Of a stretch of DNA of 64,000 bases, positions 38,989 to 49,953 are shown one piece after another; position 1 is the stretch's first letter; each line of letters begins with the position of its first letter. The position numbers were made by a program, and so were the translations under genes. The stretch spans positions 128,001 to 192,000 of the forward strand of contig JBEIPA010000001.1 in NCBI GenBank assembly GCA_040377305.1, written 5' to 3'. This stretch comes from Flavobacteriales bacterium. GTDB lineage: Bacteria; Bacteroidota; Bacteroidia; Palsa-965. The notes beneath the pieces are model-generated. The model was not told the origin of the DNA and searched no databases. It saw nothing but the letters and a program-made list of their open reading frames with translations.

Positions 38989-41900
38989 ATGCCCATCCGT
39001 CGGTTGTTAATTTTATTGTCTTTTTTGTTGTCGGCGGCGTGGCTTCAGGCGCAACAATACAATCTCAAAGTTTATGGAACCCGTGACGGTCTGGCTAATT
39101 CCATCGTTAAGGCCATCTACATGGATTCCAAAGGGTATCTATGGTTTGGCACGCAAGGTGGATTGAGCCGTTTCGACGGACAAACGTTCGTAAACTACAG
39201 TGACAAAGATGGGTTGCCAGGGAATGACATTACCTGTGTTACTGAAGACAAGAAAGGTAATATCTGGATTGGCACTTATGGTTTCGGTATTGCGAAATTT
39301 GACGGACAGAAGTTCACCGTTTACAATGACACGTCGGGATTAAGCGACAATACCGTTTACAATATTCTGTGTGACGATCAAGGAATTCTGTGGATCACCA
39401 CCTTTAATGGCGGCATCAACAAGTACGACGGATCGACTTTTACTACATTCGGAACAAAAACCGGATTACTAACGGACCAGTTTCTGAAGTGCGGTCAGGG
39501 TCGCGGGGGAAACATCTGGTTCGGTACCAAAGGGAAGGGCGTTTATCGCTACGATGGAACCAACTTCGTTAACTACGGAACATCTGACAGTCTAAGTTCG
39601 CCATCCTACTACTGCGCTTACACAGATACAAAAGGCCAAACATGGTTTGGGTCTTTGAAGAGCGGAATCGATGTTGTGAATTCCGACTACAAATTCTCCC
39701 ACATGGATTTGCCGGAAGTTGAAGGCGGACTCATTTCTGCGATTGTAGAAGATCGTCGTGGTAATATGTGGATCGCAGGTAAGAAAGGTTTGCTCAAATA
39801 CAATTCACGTGAGCGGATGCTTTTCACAGAAAATCATGGTCTGCCTTCGAATTCAATATATGCAATCTGCGAAGATTACGAAGGCAATATTTGGGTTGGA
39901 ACGTCAGGTGGTGTTTGTCTTTTCCGCAATGAAGCATTCGTTACCTATACCGAGCACGAAGGACTAACAAAAAGTAAAGTCACGGCATACTTCAACGACA
40001 GTAAAGGCAATTGCTTTGTTGGAATGTATGGCGGTGGTGTTGGAATCCTTAAGGACAATACAATTACACCGCTTCCGATTAAGGAACTTGATGGACAACT
40101 CGTGATGGCATTTTCAGAAGATGCCTCAGGACAAATCTGGGTTGGTTCCGAAGGTAATGTGAACGGCGTTGTAGTCATTGCACAGAAAGGTGACACATGG
40201 GGATTGGTCAGGACAATTCCGATTATAGAAGGAAGAGGACTGAAAACAATTCCTAGAATAATACGCGATCGAAATAACAATATGTGGGTTGCGTCTTATG
40301 GTGCCGGTGCAGTTTGCTTTAAGCAGGACGGATCCTACTCTTTGTATCGCGACAGTATGAATCTTCCGAGCGGAAATGTTTTAACCGTATACGAAGATCA
40401 GATCGGTAACATCTGGCTCGGAATGTATCAGGCAGGGATTGCTAAGATTGATATGAGCGGGAAAGTTACGCTCATGGATGAAGATGACGGACTTGGAGAT
40501 AATTCGATCTGGTGTATCTCAGAAAGTCCATCCGGAGAGATTTTATTCGGCACGAACGATAATGGAATCAGTATTTACAACGGATCGACATTCACAACCA
40601 TCAACTCCTCGAATGGCTTGTGTTCCAATTTGATCTACGCCTTGGTAATCGACAAAGAAAACAGAATCTGGGCCGGAACGAATAAGGGCGTGAACAGAAT
40701 TTCTCTTGGAAAAGATTTCGCTGTAACCGCTGTGAAATATTTTGGTGAGAAAGAAGGTTTACGCGGAACCGAAGTTTCACAACACTGTCTTTACATTGAC
40801 CCGAACAATTTACTCTGGATCGGAACAGAAAACGGTTTGATTCGTTACAATCCGATTTTTGATTATGTCAATGACAATCCACCGAAATTACAACTCAACA
40901 ACATTCGCCTCAATTATAACGTGGTTGACTGGACGAAGTATGTTGATTCCGTTGACACGCGTACATTATTGCCAGTAAATCCTATTCTTAGTTATCGCGA
41001 CAATCACTTAACGTTCGACTTCCAGGCATTGACCACTGACTTTGTGCAGTATCAGTTCATGCTCGAAGGACTCGACACTGAGTGGTCTCCATGGACATCG
41101 AATACGAGTGCTTCGTATCCGAACATTCCATCCGGCCGAACATACACCTTCCGTTTGAAAGCGGTGAACAGTGATGGCTTTGAGAGCAAAGATGTAATAT
41201 CGTATACGTTCACGATTGAACCGCCGTTCTGGGAAACGTGGTGGTTTTATACTTTATGTGTGATTGTAGTACTCCTCGGTGTTGTGTCCTTCATTCGCTG
41301 GAGAACTTCACGACTTGAGTTGGAGAAAAAGGTTCTCGAAGAAAAAGTAGAAGAGCGAACTCACGAGTTGAGTCTTGCAAACACGCAGCTTTCTGCAGCA
41401 TATAATGACATTACTGACAGTATCAACTACGCGAAACGTATACAGCAGGCCATGTTACCGCCTGCATCTGAAATCAGAAAAGTTCTTCCTGAGCATTTCA
41501 TCTTTTTCAAGCCACGTGACATTGTGAGTGGTGACTTTTATTGGTTCTTCCAGAAAGAAAACAGAACATATATCGCTGCAATTGACTGCACAGGTCACGG
41601 TGTACCGGGTGCGTTCATGAGTATCATAGGCAATTCATTGCTGAATGAAATCATGAATGAAGAAGAGCTAGTTGATCCGGCTTCGATTATGAATTTGTTG
41701 CGCGAGAAACTGATTGTTTCACTTCGCCAGCAAGGAACTGATGCGGAAAGTAAAGACGGAATGGACATGGTGATGGCGTGCATTGATCGCAACAGCAACG
41801 TGGTAACTTTTGCTGGTGCGAATAACCCGTTGTACCATTTCTCCGGAACCACATTTACAGAGTACAAAGGAGACAAGATGCCGATTGGTGTTTACACGGG

Positions 41901-42159
41901 AACCGACCGCTCATTTACAAACAAGGAAATTCCACTGGTAAAAGGTGATGTAATCTATCTGATCACAGATGGTTATCCGGATCAGTTCGGCGGCCCTGCA
42001 GGAAAGAAATTCCTTTACACGCGCTTCAAGCAATTCCTGGCAGAGATTACCAATGCGCAGATGTCATCGCAGAAAGACACAATCGGCAGTCGCTTTGATG
42101 AATGGAAGGGTATGAATGATCAGGTCGATGATGTGCTTGTAATTGGCATCAGATTATAG
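38989..42159 (+). CDS. Beta-propeller (Reg_prop / Y_Y_Y) sensor fused to SpoIIE/PP2C phosphatase
   Basis: Repeated D..GNIW.GT..G blades, YQFMLEG...W...Y, PPFWETWWF TM, PRDIVSGDFY, DCTGHG, TDGYPDQFGG. Confidence 0.9.
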   Translation: MPIRRLLILLSFLLSAAWLQAQQYNLKVYGTRDGLANSIVKAIYMDSKGYLWFGTQGGLSRFDGQTFVNYSDKDGLPGNDITCVTEDKKGNIWIGTYGFGIAKFDGQKFTVYNDTSGLSDNTVYNILCDDQGILWITTFNGGINKYDGSTFTTFGTKTGLLTDQFLKCGQGRGGNIWFGTKGKGVYRYDGTNFVNYGTSDSLSSPSYYCAYTDTKGQTWFGSLKSGIDVVNSDYKFSHMDLPEVEGGLISAIVEDRRGNMWIAGKKGLLKYNSRERMLFTENHGLPSNSIYAICEDYEGNIWVGTSGGVCLFRNEAFVTYTEHEGLTKSKVTAYFNDSKGNCFVGMYGGGVGILKDNTITPLPIKELDGQLVMAFSEDASGQIWVGSEGNVNGVVVIAQKGDTWGLVRTIPIIEGRGLKTIPRIIRDRNNNMWVASYGAGAVCFKQDGSYSLYRDSMNLPSGNVLTVYEDQIGNIWLGMYQAGIAKIDMSGKVTLMDEDDGLGDNSIWCISESPSGEILFGTNDNGISIYNGSTFTTINSSNGLCSNLIYALVIDKENRIWAGTNKGVNRISLGKDFAVTAVKYFGEKEGLRGTEVSQHCLYIDPNNLLWIGTENGLIRYNPIFDYVNDNPPKLQLNNIRLNYNVVDWTKYVDSVDTRTLLPVNPILSYRDNHLTFDFQALTTDFVQYQFMLEGLDTEWSPWTSNTSASYPNIPSGRTYTFRLKAVNSDGFESKDVISYTFTIEPPFWETWWFYTLCVIVVLLGVVSFIRWRTSRLELEKKVLEEKVEERTHELSLANTQLSAAYNDITDSINYAKRIQQAMLPPASEIRKVLPEHFIFFKPRDIVSGDFYWFFQKENRTYIAAIDCTGHGVPGAFMSIIGNSLLNEIMNEEELVDPASIMNLLREKLIVSLRQQGTDAESKDGMDMVMACIDRNSNVVTFAGANNPLYHFSGTTFTEYKGDKMPIGVYTGTDRSFTNKEIPLVKGDVIYLITDGYPDQFGGPAGKKFLYTRFKQFLAEITNAQMSSQKDTIGSRFDEWKGMNDQVDDVLVIGIRL

Positions 42160-42380
42160 AACGCGGATTTTTGACGTACGCAGTGTGCTATTCTTTTAAA
42201 GCGATTTCCCGGGTAAATTGAAAGTGTCTGAATTGGATCGACGCGGTTTTTTTTTTGCGCGCAAAAAAATCGCCAACTAACCAGCTTCTCTCATAAAATC
42301 TAACAACTGAACGGAGTATTTATCGGACTGATCCAACTAGAAACGCTAACAAGTAACGTACATAAAAATCCGCGTTCCTA
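42157..42380. repeat. MITE/REPIN-like element with terminal inverted repeats
   Basis: gaacgcggattttt-gacgtacg ... cgtacat-aaaaatccgcgttc; internal ttggatc/gatccaa and tttttttgcgcgcaaaaaaa. Confidence 0.65.
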
Positions 42381-42932
42381 TTTCCGCCATGAGTAAACAT
42401 TCTTCACCGCTACCCACTTCCCATTCTTCCACTGAAAAAGTGTTGCGCCACCGTTCCCGCACATTGCACCACACTGGAATGCAGTATACACTATTGCAGA
42501 CATTCCGTCTTTCGACATAAGCGGTTTGCTAACCTCGAAGAAACCATGATTCTGTTTTTTGAAATATGCTGTCCATGCTTTCTTCGCTTTCTTGGCGCTC
42601 AGCGCACTGTTGGGCAAAATAGCTGATGCCAGAACAACAGCACCTGCAATTGAATCTTTACTCCACAACGCGTGCTCATTCTTGTTCAGTTGCTGACGCA
42701 TGTATGCCATATCACCTGAAGTGATAAAGTTTCCGCGCACAAGATCATTCAGGAATGAAGAATCACCATCCGCATCACCCGACAAGTAGCACATCACTGA
42801 ATCGCGCAGCAGGAATGTGTCCGGTGCTGTTGCGTTTTGCAGTGCGGTTTTTAGGAGTGTAGTGCGGGATTGGGAGTATCCCTGGATTGCGAAAGCTGCA
42901 ATGATGGTAATGAGAATAGAAATTTTCTTCAT
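42378..42932 (-). CDS. Secreted hypothetical protein (CGxxCGxG motif)
   Basis: Signal peptide; SKP.....AIVY...CGAMCGNG...W; TAATTTTG 4 nt before the ATG. Confidence 0.75.
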   Translation of the reverse strand: MKKISILITIIAAFAIQGYSQSRTTLLKTALQNATAPDTFLLRDSVMCYLSGDADGDSSFLNDLVRGNFITSGDMAYMRQQLNKNEHALWSKDSIAGAVVLASAILPNSALSAKKAKKAWTAYFKKQNHGFFEVSKPLMSKDGMSAIVYTAFQCGAMCGNGGATLFQWKNGKWVAVKNVYSWRK

Positions 42933-42938
42933 GCAGCA

Positions 42939-44595
42939 AAATTAGCAATTATCAAGTGTGTTAACCTTTTCAGAATCTGCACTTGTACAACTTCAGACTC
43001 AACTGAGTCGAGTTTTCAGGAATTGTTAATGCGTACAGGTAAAAGTATCCGGCATATGCATACTGCAAGTGAAATGTAGAGCCGATATCTGCTCGTCTTT
43101 GCCTTAACATTAACTCTTGGTCCCTACTAACCGGTCTACCGTAGAGCGAAGTCATTCCAGACTTCATGTGGAGTGTGGTGGATAAATTATATTTTTCCAC
43201 AACTCGATTATCCGATAGTAGCTCGTAACAGTACAACCTTTGCCAACTGGAAACGACGAACTGCAATTTGCTTTTTTCATTAGGGTTTATCATAATATAA
43301 TCTGGCAAAGGCTCAGCCCTTACCTCCTTAGGCTTGAATGGAGAAATAATGGTATCAAAAGCGATTCCCTTATCACCAAACCTTTGGATGTGGACCGAAT
43401 GGTCTGTAACCCACCCCAGAGAATCCAATTCATGGAAATAAACAGAATACCGTATGTCTGGTTGGCAGTCAGCACCCGAAACATCAAGAGCACCCGCATA
43501 AAAATTGCTGCCACTTAAGTAAGAGTATCGAAGACCCGAAGGCTGTCCCGGCGTGTTATACTCGAAAAAATTAATTCTCCCGCAACTCAATACATAAGGG
43601 TTCCTGAAAATAAATTTAGGTGGATCGATAATGGCACTCATGGTCACTTTGCCATCTTGAAAAACAGCCACCTTGCTGACATCAGTCGCTAGGTTTCTTT
43701 TGCTCTTCTTCGGAATATAGACCAGGTGAACATAAACATGATCAGAAAGATTACTGGTATGGATGAGATCAACACTACTAAGATAATGGCCATCCACGTC
43801 TTCCAGAACAACGTCCTTTCCAAACACTTTCGCTAAACTCAAATCAAAGACCTTCATGATAGGCCAATAGCTCGAACCTGTAACATCACCTGTGGCGGGA
43901 CTTCTATTTAGATCTCCTTCCCTAAAAGTCAGATACAGAAAATTGTTAGCTACGATAAATCTCAGATTCTGTCGCAACATCCATCGGTCGTAAATTATCC
44001 TAGTAGTGGCAGATTTACGACTAACATCGTATGTAATGAGTGCAGCTTCTCTGGTTTTAGCCATCTGAGGCATAACTAAAAAGTACACGATATTTCCATT
44101 TACGTACTTATATACATCCAACACACGGAATGGTAGATTTACAACAGTGGTAGTTTGTCTGAATGCAGTATCGAAATGGCAAAGCAGAAAATTTTTAGAG
44201 GTAAAGAACATCCCCATTCCAGAAGAACCGGTATTCTGCTCTGCACCATAAAGAATGAACCCACTCTCACCACAGGTCACCATATCAGCTGCGCCATCAA
44301 CACTTCCCCACGCAAACATTGTAGTGTCCCAACTAAGGGAGTCAACGATTTGAGATTTAACATTGACTCCTAGAGTCAACATCAGTACAAGAACAAGGAG
44401 ATATTTTTTCACTGTAAGCAAGTTAGTAAGGCTACATATTCCTTCTATACTGCCCACCAACTTCAAACATCGGTTCCATAATCAGTGCAAGCGAACAATA
44501 CTTCACCGCTTGAATTAACTTACCAATACCATTCTGGACAATACAGCGAGAAACAAAGCGAATTTCCTTTTGATGCTAAATTAGCAATTATCAAG
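42939..44595. mobile_element. 1.64-kb cassette bounded by the 18-bp direct repeat AAATTAGCAATTATCAAG
   Basis: Identical 18-mers at 42939-42956 and 44578-44595 flank a single gene of atypical composition. Confidence 0.6.
42970..44412 (-). CDS. Secreted hypothetical protein (ORFan-like, atypical codon usage)
   Basis: Long open frame; GTG KKYLLVLV signal peptide at 44412; no family recognised. Confidence 0.65.
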   Translation of the reverse strand: MKKYLLVLVLMLTLGVNVKSQIVDSLSWDTTMFAWGSVDGAADMVTCGESGFILYGAEQNTGSSGMGMFFTSKNFLLCHFDTAFRQTTTVVNLPFRVLDVYKYVNGNIVYFLVMPQMAKTREAALITYDVSRKSATTRIIYDRWMLRQNLRFIVANNFLYLTFREGDLNRSPATGDVTGSSYWPIMKVFDLSLAKVFGKDVVLEDVDGHYLSSVDLIHTSNLSDHVYVHLVYIPKKSKRNLATDVSKVAVFQDGKVTMSAIIDPPKFIFRNPYVLSCGRINFFEYNTPGQPSGLRYSYLSGSNFYAGALDVSGADCQPDIRYSVYFHELDSLGWVTDHSVHIQRFGDKGIAFDTIISPFKPKEVRAEPLPDYIMINPNEKSKLQFVVSSWQRLYCYELLSDNRVVEKYNLSTTLHMKSGMTSLYGRPVSRDQELMLRQRRADIGSTFHLQYAYAGYFYLYALTIPENSTQLSLKLYKCRF

Positions 44596-45061
44596 CCGCT
44601 TTGCGCTGATCTGCCGTCCACAGATGTGGCCATAATTCGGATGATTTGCAGAAGCCATGTTCAACCGGATTCTGGCGAATGTAATTTAATACACGCGACA
44701 CATCTTGTTCCCCTGCCAGATGAATGCGGCAAACTGAACTCTGAAACAATCTGCCCTTTCGGAAATGCCGTTTGTTAATTGCTTTGGCGTAACCGTTTTG
44801 AAAATTGCTGAATGCCTGAAGTATTGTGTTGTGTACTTCAACTTCATCAGATGAAAACTTCTTGATCCGGATGAGTAAGTGATAGTGATTGGGCATCAAA
44901 CAATACGCTTTGAACTCAACGAATTGGCTGAGGTGCTCTTTCATTCGTTTTGTGAAGTAGAAATAATTGTCGCGGTCTTTAAAGAGAAGCTCTTGGGAAA
45001 TCGCGTGATTGAATACATGGTAGTGCCTTCCCGGAAGGAAGATGGTTTTGTAAATGTTCAT
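44591..45061 (-). mobile_element. REP-associated tyrosine transposase (RAYT, Y1/HUH family)
   Basis: YHVFN, YCLMPNHYHLL (HUH), GRLFQ, YIRQNPV catalytic Tyr. Confidence 0.9.
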
Positions 45062-45166
45062 GCATATAAAGGTTAAAGTGAAAAATATGGGGCGAAGGTA
45101 AAATGGGTTTTCGAAAGTTGGGCGGAAAACTAATTTTTTTTAGTTAAAATGAATTTAGGATATCAT

Positions 45167-45266
45167 GCGCGCACACACGCACAAACCTTAAAGGTTTTAA
45201 AAACCTTTAAGGTTTGACAGACCTTGAAGGTTTATTTGAAACCTTCAAGGTCTGCGTGCTTGCGCG
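45167..45266. repeat. REP doublet adjacent to the RAYT gene
   Basis: 17-bp-arm palindrome at 45182-45216 and 16-bp-arm palindrome at 45218-45254, each arm containing ACCTTnAAGGT; GC-rich outer flanks. Confidence 0.85.
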
Positions 45267-45277
45267 TGTACTAAAAC

Positions 45278-48200
45278 TTACATGTTACGACGATACTGCC
45301 CGCCAACTTCGAAAAGCGCTTCCGTGATCTGCCCCAACGAGCAATACTTCACCGCCTCCATCAATTCATTAAATCCGTTCTGGTTGTGAATCGCAGCTTG
45401 TTGTAGTCTGACGAGTGCAGCAGGTCCCCGATCTATGTTCGATGTGTAAAGATTCTTCAGCATCTCTATCTGGTAATCTTTCTCTTCCTCAGTAGCGCGT
45501 ATAACTTCTTTCGGACGAACAGTCGGAGATCCTTTCGATGACAAGAATGTATTCACACCAATCAAAGGATATTCGCCAGTGTGCTTCAGTGTTTCGTAGT
45601 ACAAGGATTCTTCCTGAATCTTTCCACGCTGATACATTGTTTCCATAGCACCAAGCACACCGCCCCGTTCGCTGATCTTGTCGAACTCAGAAAGAACTGC
45701 TTCTTCCACGAGATCCGTCAACTCTTCAATAACAAATGAACCCTGCAGCGGATTTTCATTCTTCGCCAAACCTAATTCGCGGTTGATGATCAACTGAATC
45801 GCCATTGCGCGACGAACACTTTCCTCCGTAGGAGTTGTGATCGCTTCGTCGTAGGCATTCGTGTGAAGTGAATTGCAATTATCGTAAATCGCATACAATG
45901 CCTGAAGCGTGGTGCGGATATCGTTGAAATCAATTTCCTGTGCGTGAAGTGAACGACCCGAAGTCTGAATGTGATACTTCAACATCTGTGAACGTTCGTT
46001 GCCGTTGTATTTGAATTTCATCGCCTTCGCCCAAATCTTTCGAGCAACACGTCCGAGTACAGAATACTCCGGATCCATTCCGTTCGAGAAGAAGAATGAA
46101 AGGTTTGGTGCGAAATCATCGATGTTCATTCCGCGAGACAGGTAGTATTCAACGAAAGTAAATCCATTCGACAGTGTCAATGCCAACTGTGTTATCGGAT
46201 TCGCTCCGGCTTCAGCAATGTGATAACCTGAAATCGATACCGAATAAAAGTTGCGGACCTTCTTGTCGATAAAATACTGCTGAACATCGCCCATCAACCG
46301 CAGCGAAAACTCTGTTGAAAAAATACACGTGTTCTGCGCCTGATCTTCCTTGAGAATATCCGCCTGAACAGTTCCGCGCACTTGCGAAAGTGTGTACGTT
46401 TTGATTTTCTCGTAAACATCTTTCGGAAGAACCTGATCACCGGTGATACCAAGAAGCATCAAACCGAGTCCGTCATTTCCTTCAGGCAATTCGCCCTGAT
46501 ATTTCGGACGCTTAGTTCCTTTTGCCTCCCACAACTCGTGGAGCTTCTTCTCTACTTCACCTTCAAGTTTATTTTCTTTGATGTACTTCTCGCATTGCTG
46601 ATCGATCGCAGCATTCATGAAAAACGCAGCAATAGTTGGAGCCGGACCGTTGATCGTCATCGACACCGATGTTTTCGGATCAGCAAGATCGAATCCGGAA
46701 TACAATTTCTTTGCATCATCCAGACAGCAAATAGAAACTCCGGAGTTGCCGATCTTTCCATAGATGTCAGGACGAATTTCCGGATCGCGGCCGTAAAGTG
46801 TCACCGAATCGAATGCCGTTGACAATCGTTTCGCCGGCATGCCCAGTGACACGTAGTGAAAACGCTTGTTCGTGCGCTCAGGTCCGCCTTCTCCAGCGAA
46901 CATGCGTGTTGGATCTTCTCCTTCGCGTTTGAACGGATAAATTCCGGCAGCATAAGGAAATTCTCCCGGAAGATTTTCCTGTCCCAACCACTTGAGCAAA
47001 TCGCCCCACGCTTCGTACTTCGGTGTAGAAACCTTCGGTACCATTACGTGTGAAAGTGATTCGTAATGCGTTTTGATTTTCAATTCCTTGTCGCGGACTT
47101 TGAAAATATAGAACTCGTCTTTGTACTGTTGCGCTTTCGCAGGGAAGTCTTCAATCATACGCATGTTGCGCTGATCCATATCCAAACGCAGGCGATCGTA
47201 AGTTGCCTCCAGTTCCGTGATTACAGACTCATTGAGTTTTGTCTTCGAAGCTTTCAACGTATCAATCGAAGTACGCAATGCATAGAGCTTTTGTGCAATA
47301 GCTGCCTGCTCTCTCACACGCTTATCATAGCTGCGATTGTTCTCCGTAATTTCTGAGAGATAACGCGTACGTGCCGGTGGAATGATGTAAATCTTTTCCG
47401 ACATCTCCTTCGAAATAGTGAAGGATGACTTCAGATCAACTCCGGTTTTCTTTTTCAACGTCTCAATGACTTTGAGATACAGCTGATTCATTCCAGGATC
47501 GTTGAACTGAGAAGCAATTGTTCCCATCACCGGCAAATCATCATCCGCGGTTTCCCAGAGCTGGTGATTGCGTTTGTATTGTTTGCGAACATCACGCAAT
47601 GCATCGAGTGCACCACGCTTGTCGAATTTGTTCAATGCAATTACATCAGCGAAATCAAGCATGTCGATTTTCTCGAGCTGTGTTGCCGCTCCGTATTCGG
47701 GAGTCATCACATACAAACTCATGCTGCTGTGTTCAATAATTTCCGTGTCGCTTTGACCTATCCCGGATGTTTCGAGAATGATCAGATCGAAATCTGCTGC
47801 TTTCAGAATATCAACAGCTTCCTGCACATGTTTCGACAGTGCGAGATTACTCTGACGAGTTGCGAGCGAACGCATGTACACACGAGAGTTGTTGATCGCG
47901 TTCATTCGGATCCGATCACCAAGCAACGCTCCTCCGGTCTTACGCTTCGAAGGATCAACGGAAATAATTCCGATGGTTTTGTCTTCGAAGTCAATGATGA
48001 ATCGACGCACGAGTTCATCTACCAATGAAGATTTTCCGGCTCCACCTGTTCCGGTAATGCCAAGTACAGGCGTTTTCGATTTCTTCGCCAGGGCTTTGAT
48101 CTCGGTGATCTCAGCTCCGTGTTTGTCACCGAAATTTTCTGCTGCAGAAATCAAGCGACCAATTCCTTTGTGATCGCGACTGTCAATATGCTTTACTTCA

Positions 48201-48658
48201 CCATTAAGCTGAAACCCGGTTGCATAATCGCACTTCTCGAGAAGATCGTTAATCATTCCCTGCAATCCCATCGAGCGACCATCATCGGGGTGATAAATTC
48301 TTGTGATACCGTATTCTTGCAGCTCTGCGATTTCTTCCGGTAGAATTGTTCCGCCCCCACCACCAAATATTTTGATGTGTTCACAACCACGCTCCTTCAG
48401 CAAGTCGTACATGTACTTGAAAAATTCCATGTGCCCACCCTGATACGAAGTGATTGCAATTGCATTCGCATCTTCCTGCACAGCGCAATTCACAATCTCA
48501 GCAACACTTCTGTCGTGTCCAAGATGAATTACTTCTGCCCCACTCGCCTGAATGATTCGGCGCATGATGTTGATAGCTGCGTCGTGACCATCAAACAGTG
48601 ATGCTGCGGTTACAATGCGGATTTTATTCTTCGGCTGATATGTTTGTACTTCCTGCAT
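45278..48658 (-). CDS. icmF: Fused isobutyryl-CoA mutase / MeaB-type GTPase (IcmF)
   Basis: N-terminal B12 domain [15 protein letters not shown]-loop, NKFD, mutase barrel [21 protein letters not shown]. Confidence 0.93.
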   Translation of the reverse strand: MQEVQTYQPKNKIRIVTAASLFDGHDAAINIMRRIIQASGAEVIHLGHDRSVAEIVNCAVQEDANAIAITSYQGGHMEFFKYMYDLLKERGCEHIKIFGGGGGTILPEEIAELQEYGITRIYHPDDGRSMGLQGMINDLLEKCDYATGFQLNGEVKHIDSRDHKGIGRLISAAENFGDKHGAEITEIKALAKKSKTPVLGITGTGGAGKSSLVDELVRRFIIDFEDKTIGIISVDPSKRKTGGALLGDRIRMNAINNSRVYMRSLATRQSNLALSKHVQEAVDILKAADFDLIILETSGIGQSDTEIIEHSSMSLYVMTPEYGAATQLEKIDMLDFADVIALNKFDKRGALDALRDVRKQYKRNHQLWETADDDLPVMGTIASQFNDPGMNQLYLKVIETLKKKTGVDLKSSFTISKEMSEKIYIIPPARTRYLSEITENNRSYDKRVREQAAIAQKLYALRTSIDTLKASKTKLNESVITELEATYDRLRLDMDQRNMRMIEDFPAKAQQYKDEFYIFKVRDKELKIKTHYESLSHVMVPKVSTPKYEAWGDLLKWLGQENLPGEFPYAAGIYPFKREGEDPTRMFAGEGGPERTNKRFHYVSLGMPAKRLSTAFDSVTLYGRDPEIRPDIYGKIGNSGVSICCLDDAKKLYSGFDLADPKTSVSMTINGPAPTIAAFFMNAAIDQQCEKYIKENKLEGEVEKKLHELWEAKGTKRPKYQGELPEGNDGLGLMLLGITGDQVLPKDVYEKIKTYTLSQVRGTVQADILKEDQAQNTCIFSTEFSLRLMGDVQQYFIDKKVRNFYSVSISGYHIAEAGANPITQLALTLSNGFTFVEYYLSRGMNIDDFAPNLSFFFSNGMDPEYSVLGRVARKIWAKAMKFKYNGNERSQMLKYHIQTSGRSLHAQEIDFNDIRTTLQALYAIYDNCNSLHTNAYDEAITTPTEESVRRAMAIQLIINRELGLAKNENPLQGSFVIEELTDLVEEAVLSEFDKISERGGVLGAMETMYQRGKIQEESLYYETLKHTGEYPLIGVNTFLSSKGSPTVRPKEVIRATEEEKDYQIEMLKNLYTSNIDRGPAALVRLQQAAIHNQNGFNELMEAVKYCSLGQITEALFEVGGQYRRNM

Positions 48659-48758
48659 AAAACGATTGAAGATGAGTGGGTCTGCTCAACGCAAAGATAA
48701 GGGCAGAGGTCGCTTTTTACAACCGGATATACAGGCTTTTTCCCTCTGAAAATCAGGG

Positions 48759-49805
48759 TTATGTGCCGTATTTTGCAACCATGTTTTGAACGAACAATTT
48801 CAGGTCGCTCTTACAGCGTGAAAAGTCTGATGAAAAGTCATTCTGTTTTGCCTGATACCGGGTGTATTGCAGGAACATTGTATTACCCGATTTTGACATT
48901 CTACGAAGAAGTCGGTCCGGAAAATCATTGTCACCTTCCAGTTTTAAATCACGTGCACGATCCCAGAAAAGTAAAAATGTTTTCTTCTTGATGATCAGCT
49001 TCTCCTGCTCCGATAAAGTTGGCTCTAGCGATTTGTAAACTGTATCCAGAAACTTCGCCTGCTGCAACATGAACTGCGTCTTCTTATCGTCTTCTTCCAT
49101 CGAAGTCAAATACGCCTGAAGCTCCATCGAATTCTCACCATACTTCGAACGTAAAAACCATTTGGCACCTTCGACACCAACAAACTGTGCTAAATTTTCA
49201 TTGTACTCGACACTATCCGTGACAAACAATGTTCCGTGAGTCAATTCGTGAATGATCAGCTCTGCAAGATCGGCCTCGCTCCTATTCAACATCGAAGACA
49301 AAACAGGATCTTTAAACCAACCGAGCGTTGACCAACCCGAAGCACCACCGATATCAGCATCTAAGCCTAACATTTTCAGTCGGAAATATTCCTCTTTCGC
49401 CTTGGCTGCATCGAAGAAACCTTTGTACGGAACTTCACCTACTACCGGAAAACTCCACGTATATGGTTTCAGCTGGAATTTCTCTGCGCCTGTAACAACA
49501 TACATCAAGCGCTGATCTTTTTGATCATAAAATGCTGTGTAGTTATCGGAGTGTTTCAACCCAATTGAATCGTAAGCGAACAGTTTGATTTCCTCAATGA
49601 GATGTAGCTTTGCCTTCACACTGTCGCTTACTTCCGGATCTGCAAACACCTCTTCAAAATCTCGGGCACCCCAAACGATGGAGAGTTGACCTTTACCCAT
49701 GCGGAGTCCGTACGTTACCAGATCTGCGCTAAATAGGCAGAAGAGAAATGCCGGCAGCAGAATGAAATCGGAAAGGAAAATTCGCAGGTAACGGAATCGC
49801 ATCAA
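48759..49805 (-). CDS. Putative zinc aminopeptidase (DUF2265-like)
   Basis: WSFPVVGEVPYKGFF, STLGWFKDP, HELTH...NE. Confidence 0.8.
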   Translation of the reverse strand: MMRFRYLRIFLSDFILLPAFLFCLFSADLVTYGLRMGKGQLSIVWGARDFEEVFADPEVSDSVKAKLHLIEEIKLFAYDSIGLKHSDNYTAFYDQKDQRLMYVVTGAEKFQLKPYTWSFPVVGEVPYKGFFDAAKAKEEYFRLKMLGLDADIGGASGWSTLGWFKDPVLSSMLNRSEADLAELIIHELTHGTLFVTDSVEYNENLAQFVGVEGAKWFLRSKYGENSMELQAYLTSMEEDDKKTQFMLQQAKFLDTVYKSLEPTLSEQEKLIIKKKTFLLFWDRARDLKLEGDNDFPDRLLRRMSKSGNTMFLQYTRYQAKQNDFSSDFSRCKSDLKLFVQNMVAKYGT

Positions 49806-49806
49806 G

Positions 49807-49942
49807 AATGTGCTAATGTGTTAGATTGGAAATGTGCTAAAAGAGTATTCATTGAGTTGTGTCAAATTACCCATTTTCTAACCCTGAACAGCACTTTGCC
49901 GCGTCGTTTTAGCATATTAACACATTAGCAAATTAGCACATT
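49807..49942. repeat. Octamer tandem / inverted-arm element (AATGTGCT family)
   Basis: aatgtgct-aatgtgtt-agattgga-aatgtgct ... agcatatt-aacacatt-agcaaatt-agcacatt. Confidence 0.8.
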
Positions 49943-49953
49943 GACGCGTAGAT

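Noticed and set aside
42247-42256. Poly-T tract as a phase-variation switch
   Set aside because: Lies between convergent genes within a hairpin, not in a CDS or promoter
48659-48758. Cobalamin riboswitch upstream of icmF
   Set aside because: The leader is short (a -7 box about 35 nt from the ATG) and no B12 box is visible
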